Shown one piece after another: positions 11,371 through 22,897 of a stretch of 64,000 bases of DNA; position 1 is the stretch's first letter, and each line of letters opens with the position of its first letter. A model generated the notes under the pieces. That model was not told the origin of the DNA. It worked only from the letters and a program-made list of their open reading frames with translations, and searched no databases. The stretch covers positions 25,296,001 through 25,360,000 of the forward strand of contig OZ360233.1 of NCBI GenBank assembly GCA_977017645.1, in the 5' to 3' direction. Source of the stretch: Torpedo marmorata (taxonomy: Eukaryota). A program made the translations under genes and the position numbers.

Positions 11371-13682
11371 ACAGCTCTGACAGCCCAGGTTTTTCTTGTT
11401 GTCAGGGTGTTCTGGGCCCAGAGACCCAGCAGTGAGACCACACGGTGCTGAGGTCTCGGTGCTCCTCACTGTGAGTCTCCAACATCCAGAGGCCCAGCCA
11501 GGTCCCACCTTTTCCTGTGTGGCAGGGTGGGGAGAGACCCGGCAGCAGGCCAGAACCAGCACCATTCAGCCCGTTGAGTGTGGTTATGGTCCAGCTGGCA
11601 CCGTACCACCTGCCTCCTGTCCTGTGACACTTCACCACAACACAGGTCGGGCTTGTCCTGCTGTTCTACACAAGATGCCTCCCAACAGCCAGTCTGAGTT
11701 CCGCATTTCACGGATTGCTTCAGGCAGACTGATAGGAATTAAAAAGGACAATTTCCCTGCTCTGTCCGTCCTTCTGAATCACCATTTAGTCAGTGATAGA
11801 AACAGTGTGTTTTTTAGGTTCTGACAGTGGCCCTTGAAAATGATTCATGAAGATGCGGCTGGAATTATTCACCATTCACTTCAATCATGCTCATTGCTAT
11901 TTGCTTGATTAATGTCTTCTATTTGAAGCAAGATTTCAATATTGCTTTTTGCTCACACCTTGACAAAGGGCTCAGGCCTGACCATCTCACGGTTGTACAG
12001 CAGAGCCCTCATCCACTGCAATTCAAACTGTCTGATGTCTACTTTCCTGTCAGTCTCCTGCTCCGAGCATTCCCACAAGTTCTTGTCAATTCACAGACTC
12101 AAAATGGGTGATTTTAACCTCGTCCACAATTGACAGGCTGCCATTGGCAGAGGATCTTGAGGTAAAAGACCGGGTGAACACACGGAGTCTTTCCCCTGGG
12201 TAGGAGAATGAGTAACCAGAGGACGTTGGTTTAAGGTGAGAGGGGAGGGATTAAATAGGAACGAGAGGCATAACATTTTTACACAGAGGGTGGTGGGTGT
12301 ATAGAACAGGCTGCCAGAAGAGGAAGTTGAGGCAAGTGCTATTGCAATGTTTTAAGAAAAATTTGGATTGATACGTGGATAAATTTGGAGGGATAGAGGT
12401 GAAAACAGGCAGGTGGGATGAGTGTGGGTCGGACATTCTCGTCTCCTGACACATCCAGCTATCAAATCTGTCATGGAGTCACACAGCTCAGAAACAGACC
12501 CTTCGGCCCAACTCGTCCATGTGCCTCCTTGTCTTTTCCTGACCAGATCCTTGATATCCCTCATTGTCCCAAGTTTCCCACCTCCTGCCAGTTTTCTCCT
12601 GCATTCTAACAGGAATATGTTGGTCCTGAACTCCTCCTATCTCACTTTTGGAAGCCCACTTGCCAGATATCCCTTTATCTGCAAACAAACCATGGTGAGT
12701 GAGGAAAGAGGGGAATGAGCAGGTGTTGCGGTTGCATGCAGAGAGCTGTAAGGGGAGTGGACAGTGGAGATGAAAAGTGGCCAAGGGAGCTGCAATGAAA
12801 ACAGTCCCTTCAGAACACTGGAATGGAAGGGAAGGGGAAGATGCACCTGGTGGTGGAAGCTCATTGAAGGTGGCAGAAATCACAAAGGATGATCTGTTGA
12901 ATGCTGAGGCTGGAGAAGTGGAAGTGTGGAGAAGAGGAGAGGGGGAGTTGGAGCAGATGTGGGGGAAATAGATGAGATGTCGTTTGTCAACACACTGAAC
13001 ATGAAGAAACAAATCAAACAAATCAAGCTATTGAGAAGATGAAAGTAATTAAAACTGAAACCCAGCAATTAACTGAAATAATTACACGATATTTAGTTGC
13101 TCTTTTCCAGTGAAATGAGAACCAGATCTTTCAAGTGAATTCTGCCTCTTAACTGGTGCATTTCCTTACTGGACACTGTGAGCTGTGTATTCCGTGAACG
13201 TTTCAACCTTTCAGGATTCCTGCATTTACTCAGGACTGAGCTCATGTATTTCCAGGTTCCTTTCTTATCCATGTTAACATTCCCTCCTGGTTGGCCACCA
13301 ATTTACACGGGCTGTGTGGATTGAAGCCCTTCCGCAGTTACAATTGGAAAACCTGTAAAGCAGGATCAGATTCACTGTGGGGTCAGTTCAATTGAATTTC
13401 AGAAGAAGAGTCCCCAGGCCCCACTATATCACATATTTGGTATTGAAAAGGTACAGATATTCAGGCCGGTGTAACTTTATTCCATACAACATTACCGGTG
13501 AAGTGTTTTTATTTATTCAATAACCTTCCTGCAAATTCTTCCTTTTTTCTGTGAACTCCAATATTCCGGTGCAAAAAGTTCAATAAGGATCAATAATTGC
13601 ATTTGGGGGAGAGATTGGGTGCAACTTTTGATACTTTATTCAAAATCTCACACGCCAGACATTGGGTCACTGCCTCAGTACT

Positions 13683-14021
13683 CAGGGCTGGATTAAGGCC
13701 AACCGATGCCCTAAGCACAGCCCAACAATGGTTCCCCCTCGACCCTTCCATTGTCTAACTGACAAGACATTAAGACTCAATAAGTGCTGAATGTGAAATA
13801 ATAGATTAAAAATTCAGTTTTCTTCCAGGCCAGACCCCACAACTATATTAAATATAACCTGTATTATATGGTTTTTTTCATTTATTGTTGGGGGCCCTTT
13901 TTGTGGGGCCCTAGTTCAGCTGCACCATGGTAAATCCGGCACTGGAAAAAACTCTGTGGTGTCCCCTTCCCTTGGTGCCCTAATCACGTGCTTATTTTGC
14001 TTAATGGTTAATCCAGGCCTG
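13683..14021. mobile_element. Non-autonomous hAT-type MITE, 339 bp
   Basis: TIRs cagggctggattaa and ttaatccaggcctg (1 mismatch); 8-bp TSD tcagtact at 13675-13682 and 14022-14029. Confidence 0.85.
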
Positions 14022-14084
14022 TCAGTACTGCAGTAGAGAGTCGTTTTATATGCTGTGCTGAAGTCTCCTCTGTGGGATTTTTAA

Positions 14085-14288
14085 ATGTTAAATTTAGACA
14101 GGCCCATGAGCCTGTGCTGCCTAATTACACCCAAATTGACCTACACCCCTGGTATGTTTTGAATGGTGGGAGGAAACCCACACAGACACGAGGAGAACGT
14201 ACAAACTCCTTACAGACAGCGCCGGATTTGAACCCCGGTCGCTGGTGCTGGAACAGCGTTGTGCTACAACTACACTAACCGTGCCACC
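14085..14288 (-). mobile_element. tRNA-derived SINE (V-SINE/HE1-like)
   Basis: Reverse complement resembles the + strand copy at 34853-35115 (B-box-like ggttcaaatcc, gtacgttctcc core). Confidence 0.75.
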
Positions 14289-14489
14289 ATTTGTTGTTCC
14301 CTGGATTGTTCCACGTCTTTCTACCTCAGAGACATGGAGTCCCTGCTGAGAGATGAAGTGGTAAGCCCTTTGTGTAACACGGTAAATGAATTTGGAAATG
14401 ACTGGTTTGATGTATAATAACATGTCCTGCTTCATCTGTTGGTCATGCATTTACTGCCAGAACTGTCTGTGAATTTATTTACTTTTCAG

Positions 14490-14810
14490 AGGTTGAGTCA
14501 TTACCATCAGTCTTCATCGTCCCTCCCTGCCACAGAGGAGCTGACCAAGAGTTCAGCCTCCTGTGTCTGGTCAAGGATTATCAGCCTGAGATCATCAACC
14601 AATCATGGTCCACTACCAGTGGGGACATCACCGGAATCAAGAAATATCCAGCAGTGTTGGGGCAGAATGCAAAGTACACAATGAGCAGCTTGCTCCGAGT
14701 CCCTGCGGCGGATTGGAAAAGCAACAATATCTACTACTGCAAGGCAGAGTACAAGACAAACAAGTTCGTGAAAGTGGCTATCGTGCTAGCAGATATCATG
14801 CCAGCTCAAC
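14490..14810 (+). CDS. IgW: IgW CH1 exon (VESLPSVFIVPPCHRGADQEFSLLCLVKDYQPEIINQSW...YYCKAEYK...IMPAQ); not in the ORF track
   Basis: Hand translation: acceptor ttttcag|, 321 nt open, C1-set Cys/Trp/Cys, extra N-terminal Cys (probable L-chain bond), donor caac|gttagt. Confidence 0.93.
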
Positions 14811-15805
14811 GTTAGTATGAGATTTGATTTGCTATTTAAAACTACATTTCTGTCGAGGGATAAAACTAGAGCAGGAACCTTTGTCAAAAAATGTACAAGG
14901 ATGTCCATTCATCCCTTTGCTCATTTGTTCCATTCCTACAAGCCAGTGGTGCTGCAGCTCATCAAAATAGCCGTGAGAAATTGTGTGGAAATAGATTAAG
15001 AATGAAACGTTCTCCTCCAGTCAGTGACCCTGAGTTTTGGTAGAAGGTACAGGAAGCAATTTGTGCTGAACTGCCTCCATTGTATCCACTCATTTATCGC
15101 ATTTCAGAAGACTCTCCACCATCCCCACCGCCCGGCCCAAGCACCTCCCTCCGGATTAGCTCCTCTACGCAGAACCAGACATAGACATTGGCCACCGTTC
15201 CTGCGCAAGCAGTACGAGTTCAACTTTGCCCCACTCCGCCTGCACTTTTCCCTCAACTCTGTCCTGTCTCCAAGTAAAACTCACACTCCTTGTGAAGATG
15301 ACTGAAGAATCGACATCCCGCACTCTGCTTTATCCATCACCTCCCAGATGTGAACAAATCATTGCCATTAAAACCAAATAATTTCCTCTTGTCCATCTGT
15401 TCTTCTTTCTCATTTAGCTCAAAATTGTGGTTCCCAAACGTCCTGTTCCATCCCATCTGCTCATAACCACAGGATCTGGATTCAGCCATTCCTGTGCATG
15501 GAATGTCCCACCAAACAATCAGATCACCGATGGTCTGCCCATAAAGGCCACTTACTCGTTCATCCCCCTCAACTCTGCAATGTGGGACATACTGGCCTGT
15601 GTTGTACACCTAGAACTCCCAATCACAGCTCTACCCAACATCTCACGATAGGATCCATCATATCGACAGATCATCTGTAAATGAACAGAACTGTTGAGTG
15701 GGCTGCTGTTGGGGCACTTGCAGTGGAGGTGGGGAATGGATTCCACCTACACTGTGGCCAGTTATGTCATCAGTAATATTGCATTAATATTGCATTGTTT
15801 TACAG

Positions 15806-16111
15806 CTCAAAGTCCAAAGCTCATGCCTCTTGTTCCATCCCTGGAGGTTGTCCACAATCAAACAACTGCTATCCTGGGCTGTGTGATATCAGGATTCTCT
15901 CCTGACAAGATTCAGGTGACCTGGAAAAAAGCCGGATCAGAGCAAGTGGGCACTCTTTTCCCTTCCATGAGGAGAACCGATGGTGGGTTTGAAACAGTTG
16001 CCTACCTGATCTTGTCTGTGGACGAATGGACCAGCAAACAGGAATATTCTTGTGAAGTGACCCACGCACCTACCAGCTTCAGTGAGAAGGTCATCATGAG
16101 ATATCAAGGGG
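15806..16111 (+). CDS. IgW: IgW CH2 exon
   Basis: tttacag| QSPKLMPLVPS...LGCVISGFSPD...YSCEVTH...RYQG |gtgagt; 306 nt, phase 1. Confidence 0.95.
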
Positions 16112-16433
16112 GTGAGTGGTGTCTGAAGGAGAATTAATTTACTTACAGTATTCAACGAGCTGACCTCCACCCAATTCATGTCCCTGATGTGAGTGCTGTT
16201 GAGTGATGCATGATGTTTATTCCTTCTACATTTCAAACTAACCCTTTCCATCAGTAATTTTAACCCAATCTGCTGTACAGGACAAGTGAAATTTTGGGTC
16301 TCCTATGCACTTACTCCCACACAATTCTAGTTGCAACTGTGTGGAGTGAAAGGGAAATGGGACATCAAGCAAGATGTGTCCCATCCGATAGACCATCTGG
16401 AGAAAATCTCCATCTTCACTTTTCACTTTTCAG

Positions 16434-16605
16434 TCTCAGTTTCTGGAAAAATATCTCCAGTTGTGTGTTTCAATGAATCTCCACAGTATCCCAACAATCT
16501 CCCCGGCAGGTCATCCACTCACAAAAATGGATATTATTCAGTTGACCCCCCCAAAAAAAACTGGAATTATAACTTGTGACCTTGTTTTCTCTGATCCTCG
16601 ACAAG
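16434..16605 (+). pseudogene. Candidate extra exon between CH2 and the short secretory tail, 172 nt, one base out of frame at a C7A8 run
   Basis: Strong pyrimidine tract plus cag| acceptor; caag|gtacaa donor; open in phase 1 at both ends if one base is removed at 16546-16560. Confidence 0.5.
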
Positions 16606-16762
16606 GTACAACAGGTTATCATTGGTTTGCATTATCTCATCCCGATAGGATGCTGAATACAGAGGATAGAGATAGGGACTGTGTGGAGATACTTCCTTTC
16701 CCAGTGCAGGAAGTAGAGGTGAAAATATCTAGTGGTTAAACCTATGCATCTTCCATTTCCAG

Positions 16763-16875
16763 GCTGTTCGACATGTGTGCCGATATTCTTCCTCCAGACT
16801 AATGTCAATGTGACATTCTCTGATGGTACCACCCGACCGTATCATTGTTCAAAAGGAAAGTGTCAAATAAAGTGA
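16763..16875 (+). CDS. IgW: IgW short-form Cys-rich secretory tail exon (GCSTCVPIFFLQTNVNVTFSDGTTRPYHCSKGKCQIK*)
   Basis: Acceptor tttccag|, phase 1; four Cys and an NVT sequon; matches the recalled IgW-short tail pattern; AATAAA at 16866-16871 overlaps the last codons. Confidence 0.9.
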
Positions 16876-19056
16876 TTGGCTGCGTATCGAATTCGTCATT
16901 GAATTTTATTACAATCCATTTGCTGGATTCAAATCTATCCCATCATATCCTTTGAGATCAAAGTGCAGCAGAGAAAAAAACACCAATTCAAGCTGCCCCG
17001 TCTCCCCTCCACACCTCACGTGTACACTCATTCATTTGTGGACGTTGCTGGTTCAGTGTGATTCAGATCGCAGTCCCACTTCCCTCGACCACATTCCTTC
17101 CAGGTCTGATGCCAGTCAGCAAGAACCAGAAACTACATCTCAGCCAGTGGCTTGGGGCAGGAGGTGATGAAGATGCACAGGGGTGAAATGTCACATTGGC
17201 TCAGTTACAGGATGTGACAACCTGTAAGAAAGAAGGGCCTGTGACAAATCAGTGAGACAAGCCACAGGACCCCACCAGAGACCTGTCCAATCTCACGTGT
17301 TTGGTGTGAAAGGGATGGACAGCAAACATTGGAAGCATTCTGTTCACTCACCTCCTGGACACTGAACTCAGTCCAAGAGAGAAACTCAGTGATCACAAGG
17401 AATGCCACTGAGGGGAGTGTGTTGGTTTAATCACCCAAGGATTAACAGAATAATATCAGCACTTTGTAAAAAGGAGAGCTCTCTAGACACTGTGAGGACT
17501 TATGAGGGGGAATTGCCTCTCACCAGAGACGGCTGAGCATCGGATTGTGTCATTGATATGGGATGGCACTGAACAACAAACAAAAGTCCAACAACATCAC
17601 AGTGCTGATTAAACCAATATTCCTAAAGCAATAACCACGACAGTGCACACCTCACTTTACAAATTTCAGACGACACACTGTGATAAATATGATCTGGACT
17701 AACACCATGCATCTTCTATTTTTTTTAAAAATTGCTCAACACTTGCTAAAAGAAAGAAGGGTTGAGTAAGAGACAACATCATATGTCATCAAATGAAATG
17801 TGTCCTGCCAGACAGGAACAGAGTTCATTACATCTGCTCTAAATACAATCAGAGGCAATGACTCTGAATCTCGTGAAAGTTTCAACCCTGACACAAACAT
17901 AATCACCCTCCTTGAAAAGTGTTTGAGAGCAAACACAGCCCGTGTGGACCAAAGTGACCAATTGTGTAAATGGTGAACTGCAGTGTAACTGACGTGACGA
18001 TGGAGCTTGAGGAGACAAGTGGCATTGCAGAACACAGGGAATGAATGAATCATCTCTTCCTAGCCCAATGATTCTAAAATGAAACAGGAAAGTACATCTA
18101 TTGCAAAAAAATAATCCCAAACTGCAGCAAGAGGGAGACTTCTGTTATTCTCCAGATTTATGCTTTGCTCTGTTGTTGCTGCAGAGTGAGTTGTCCACTA
18201 CTTTCTTTCAAATAGGTCTTTTCAAATATTAAAACACCTCGGCAACTTCACTGGAGCACAGTCACACAAAACTGATTCAAACCCAGAGGACAGGTGCCCC
18301 CAGAGCTCTGTCATAGAGGTGTCATATTCATTGACAATTTCATGTCCCTCATTGATCGCTCTTGAACTGAGGGTCTTGCTGGACCATTTCTGATGGTGAT
18401 CAGGGCTTGGCCAGGTAACTGCAGGTCTGGAGTCACATGCGGCCAGACCAGTTATGGATGACAGATTTCCTCCGCTGATGAACAACAGTGAACCAGATGG
18501 GTTTTTTACACTACAAATACTTTACAATCCCCACCACCAACGACAGCGTTTTATTCCAGAATGCATTCATTAATTTAATTCAAACTGAGGGAATCCCAGC
18601 CTCAGTCCAGACAGAGAAAAGGATTCTCATTGATTCACGATGCTCAGTGGAGGTAACTGATTCCACAGGGGCTCCATGCAAAGAATATATTGAATTGTCT
18701 CTGATGAGAAATATGCACACTTCCCTCTCTTCCAGCTTCACACAAACCTGTGACTGGCTTTGCAGCATCAAAATGTTGCTCAGCCTCTCACATCCCATGT
18801 AGTCCCTGCTCTGAACCTAGTGGTCACAGTCTGGGGAAGGCAATAAAACCCATTTGGCAGGTCCTTTATACTGAGTTTATTTTCCCAGCCAATACTTGCA
18901 GCATATGCAGCAAACTATTCAACCCTTGCGTGTTTCTGTTATCCTATTTCAAATACACTTTGCCACGATATACTTGGATCGGCTCTGACTTTCCATCACA
19001 AACAGAAAAGCTTCCGCTACAATTCTGACATCTCCTGTTTCTGAATTGATCCACAG

Positions 19057-19356
19057 AATTGTTTGTCTCGATTCAAAATCCCTCCATTCAAGAGATGTGG
19101 ATCAACAAAACAGTTACTCTGGTGTGCACAATCATCTCTGCTGATCCGAGCAAGGTCCACATCTCCTGGGAGGTGAACAGGGAGGACAGAAGCGAGGAAG
19201 CTGTGACCCAACAACCCAGAAGGAAAGGGTTCCAAAACACAATAATCAGCCAACTCCAGACCAGCGTGGAGAAGTGGTCCAGTGGGGTGGAGTACACGTG
19301 TTCTGCCGAAGATCATTTATCCTCACCAGTGTCAGCACGGACAAAAAGCACCAAAG
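19057..19356 (+). CDS. IgW: IgW CH3 exon
   Basis: ccacag| ELFVSIQNPSIQEMWINKTVTLVC...YTCSAE...STK |gtgggc; 300 nt. Confidence 0.95.
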
Positions 19357-19441
19357 GTGGGCAAGAGATCATTGATTAAATAACAGACATCAGTGACATT
19401 ACGAGAAAGAGTTCAACATTTTCTTTGCTCTTGTGTTCCAG

Positions 19442-19759
19442 TTGAGACAAAACGTCCTGAGGTCAGACTGCTGCCTCCACCATACGAAGAGTCCAAGCAT
19501 AGGAACACGGCTACTCTCGAGTGTGTTGTCTCGGGATTCTACCCAGACCACATTGACGTCACCTGGAAGAAAGATCACTCCCTGATCTCCTCAAACACCA
19601 GCTCAACACCGACTGCTCTGGAGCAGGCTGGGACTTTCAGTGCCAGCCACTTCCTGACTGTGGGTTCACAGGAGTGGAAGGCAGGCTCAGTCTTCAGCTG
19701 CACAGTGTCTCATCCCTCCTCCAACACCAGCATCACAAAGAAAGTGAGGAACGACCAAG
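19442..19759 (+). CDS. IgW: IgW CH4 exon
   Basis: ttccag| VETKRPEVRLLPP...LECVVSGFYPD...FSCTVSH...NDQ |gtaggg; 318 nt; 85-nt upstream intron. Confidence 0.95.
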
Positions 19760-20538
19760 GTAGGGTCCTGACCCAGTTCATTGTTGACGTTGTTTGTTTT
19801 ATGCTGTAAACTGTGCCAGACAAGCTCAACACGGAAATATGGTGCAGCCCTGTTGTGGTTTTGTGGCTGAACAGATCATCCAGAATCTTGGCCAGAGAAA
19901 TAATTGTATCCCTGAAATTGCTTTCATAACTTGAGCACAATACAAACCATTTCACTGGCCAGGTGCCCTGGAGATCTCAGGTACTCTTCTTCCAAATTGT
20001 CTCTCCTTCTGTCTTTGAATGTAATCTGGGCCTCCGGTCGTGGCCTCAGCGGTGACTGAATTTGCAGCAGGGTAGCACTCTCTCTGCTCCAGCATGGGAA
20101 GAGTTAGCCTGGGCAATGTGTAGAAGCCTCTATGGCTTGAACACAAAACGTTCTGACAAAGCAGCAAGAGATTTCAGTTACACTTCATGGAGGAAAAACG
20201 CATTTTAACGGTTGGAACAAAGATCAAATATTTCTGATGCTTGTATTTTCAAAATATAAAGGAAAAGTGCTGGAATATTTCTCACCTAAAATATTAGCTC
20301 TGCTTCCCTCTGCACAGGTTCAGCCTGAAATGTTTGGAATTTTCTGTTTTTGTTTTAATAAAGTGGCTGGGAGCAGCTTAACTGCCCACGAAACTGTCCA
20401 ACTAAGAGAAGAGACAAACTTGTTCATTGACATTCCTGAGGAGGGTTTACCTTGCCTGCTCAATTGGGGAAACCTCATTCCTTCACCAATGTAGATAAGT
20501 CTCGACTGATCTGATGGGACCAACAAATCATTTGCTGG

Positions 20539-21400
20539 TGTTACAAAATCAAACCAGCAACGACAGAAGACACAATGCAAAAGGGGTAAAATTGAAATTT
20601 ATATTTATTAAAGGCAATTAAACATATAATTTCACAACAATTAACCCCACTATAAACGTCTATAAACACTATTCTTATCTAAAAGGGGTGTGTGTGTGTG
20701 TGTGTGTGTAAAGCCCAGACCATTACAGTCTGTGCCTAACCCTTATGTAAAAATGGAAAAACTTTCCCCAAAAAACCCCAGGTCAGTCATAAAAACAAGT
20801 CAGTCAAAAAAAGAATAATACAGTCCACAAAAATTCACTCTCTAAGTTCAGGTATCAAATTCAGCTCTGTGTGCTGGTAGAAGTACTTCTGAATGAACGT
20901 TGGAGAGAGACAATGACTGTTTATGCTTACAAATACTTGTTTTTCTTCTCTGATGACGTTCCCTTCTTGTGTTTTCATAAGGATTGCGAGTTCAGATCAG
21001 TATACCACTGATTGAGGCGTGTGCTTGGATCTCACAGCTGGTCTCGCTGATCTCACGCCTGTTCTCCACAGAAGTTGCTTTTAACTCAGAATTTCTCTGA
21101 GACAGGAAGCCATGTGCTATTCTTCCAGCCTTTTCTCTGAGATGCACAAGCCTGGATTTGGCTGTGTTCTCTAGCCTTTGCAACTCCAAAACTGCCTGCT
21201 TTTTGCAGAGGTCTGCACCTGCTTTTGCAAAAGTGCAACAAAGTATCTTTTCCACAGCCTGCCTCTCTCTGCTCTCTCTTTCTCTCTGGGTATGCCAAGT
21301 CCTGGGCAAGTTAACTCTTTCAGTACCTGGTCCCAGTGTATACGGCAAAAGACTTCATCCTTCCTGCTGACCGTCAAATGGCCAGTCATGGTCCATAACA
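20539..21400 (-). repeat. 3' LTR
   Basis: Near-identical to 29322-30197; TG...CA ends; contains a (GT)n tract. Confidence 0.93.
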
Positions 21401-22897
21401 CCTCACAACCACAAAGAAAATTTTGGTCTGCAAGAACAAAATTTTGGAAATAATGGAGGTGTCATAATATAAACAAAATCCACAATGTTCATCCACAAAT
21501 ACAAAATATGAACTATTTTCATTGATAAAGTTTAACATCTAGAAAGACAATCAGCAATTACATTATCTTTCCCTTTTATATGTGTTATTACCAAATCATA
21601 TTCTTGCAAAATTAAACTCCAATTCAACAACCGTCGATTCTTATTTTTCATTTTACAAAGAAAAACCAATGGATTATGGTCAGTATACACTATGAGTGGT
21701 TTTTGAGCTGTACAGATATACACATCAAAGTGTTTTAGAGCCAACACAAGAGCCAACAACTCTTTTTCTATGGTTGAATAATTCCTTTGATGATCATTGA
21801 ACTTCTTCGAGAAGTAGGATACCGGATGGTCAATGTCCTCTTCGTTCTTCTTCTGTAACAGCACCACACCCACAGCTTCATCGCTCGCATCCACGACTAA
21901 AGAAAACGGCTGTTCTAAATTAGGTGACTTAAGCACAGGTTGGTGGCATAACATGGCTTTCAATTTGACAAATGCTTCCTGACAACCTGTCGACCATACA
22001 AATTTTTCTTACCTTCTAAGCAAATTTGTGAGAGGGAGTGCAAGATCAGCAAAGTTTTTACAGAACTTGCGGTAGTAGCCAATCATTCCCAGGAACCTCC
22101 TCAGAGTTTCCTTACCAGTTGGAACAGGGAACTCGGAAATAGTCACAACCTTTTCCTCTACTGGCGCCAACTTCCCCTGTCCTACTACATAACTCAGAGA
22201 ATTAACAGTCCCAGGACCCTCTCTGAAACTGATTTTATCTGTCTCCTCCTTACCCATGTCAATAACCAGTACCTCTGGTAAATGTTCAGTCTCTTTGTGT
22301 GGCACCTGTTCAAAATATGGCTTAATCATATTCACATGACAGACCTGTGTGTCTCGTCTGCGATTAGGTGTTTCTATGACATTAATTTTTGACAACTCTA
22401 TAGGGTCCTGAAAATCTAGCCCTAAGAGGATTTGAATGGATGGGAAACAGAACTACTACATTCTCACCAGGTTTAAAAGTTCTCATCTTAGCCTTTCGAT
22501 CATACCAAACCTTCATTCTCTGTTGAGTGGCCTTTAAGTTCTCCTTTGCCATCTCACAAGCCCTATGTAACCGATCCTTAAATTTGGAAACATAATCTAA
22601 CAGATTTAAATGCACATCACTATTAATCCACTGTTCTTTTAATAATCCTAAAGGACCTCTCACCTCATGTCCGAAAACTAACTCAAATGGACTAAAACCA
22701 AGTGATTCTTGGACAGACTCCCTCGCTGCAAATAACAACAAATGAACCCCCTCATCCCAATCCTTTTCCTTTTCACAACAATAGGTTCTAATCATGTTTT
22801 TCAAAGTCGAATGGAACCTCTCCAAGGCCCCTTGACTTTCTGAATGGTACGCAGAGGATACAATCTGTTTAACTCCCAGTCCATCAACCACTAGTTG

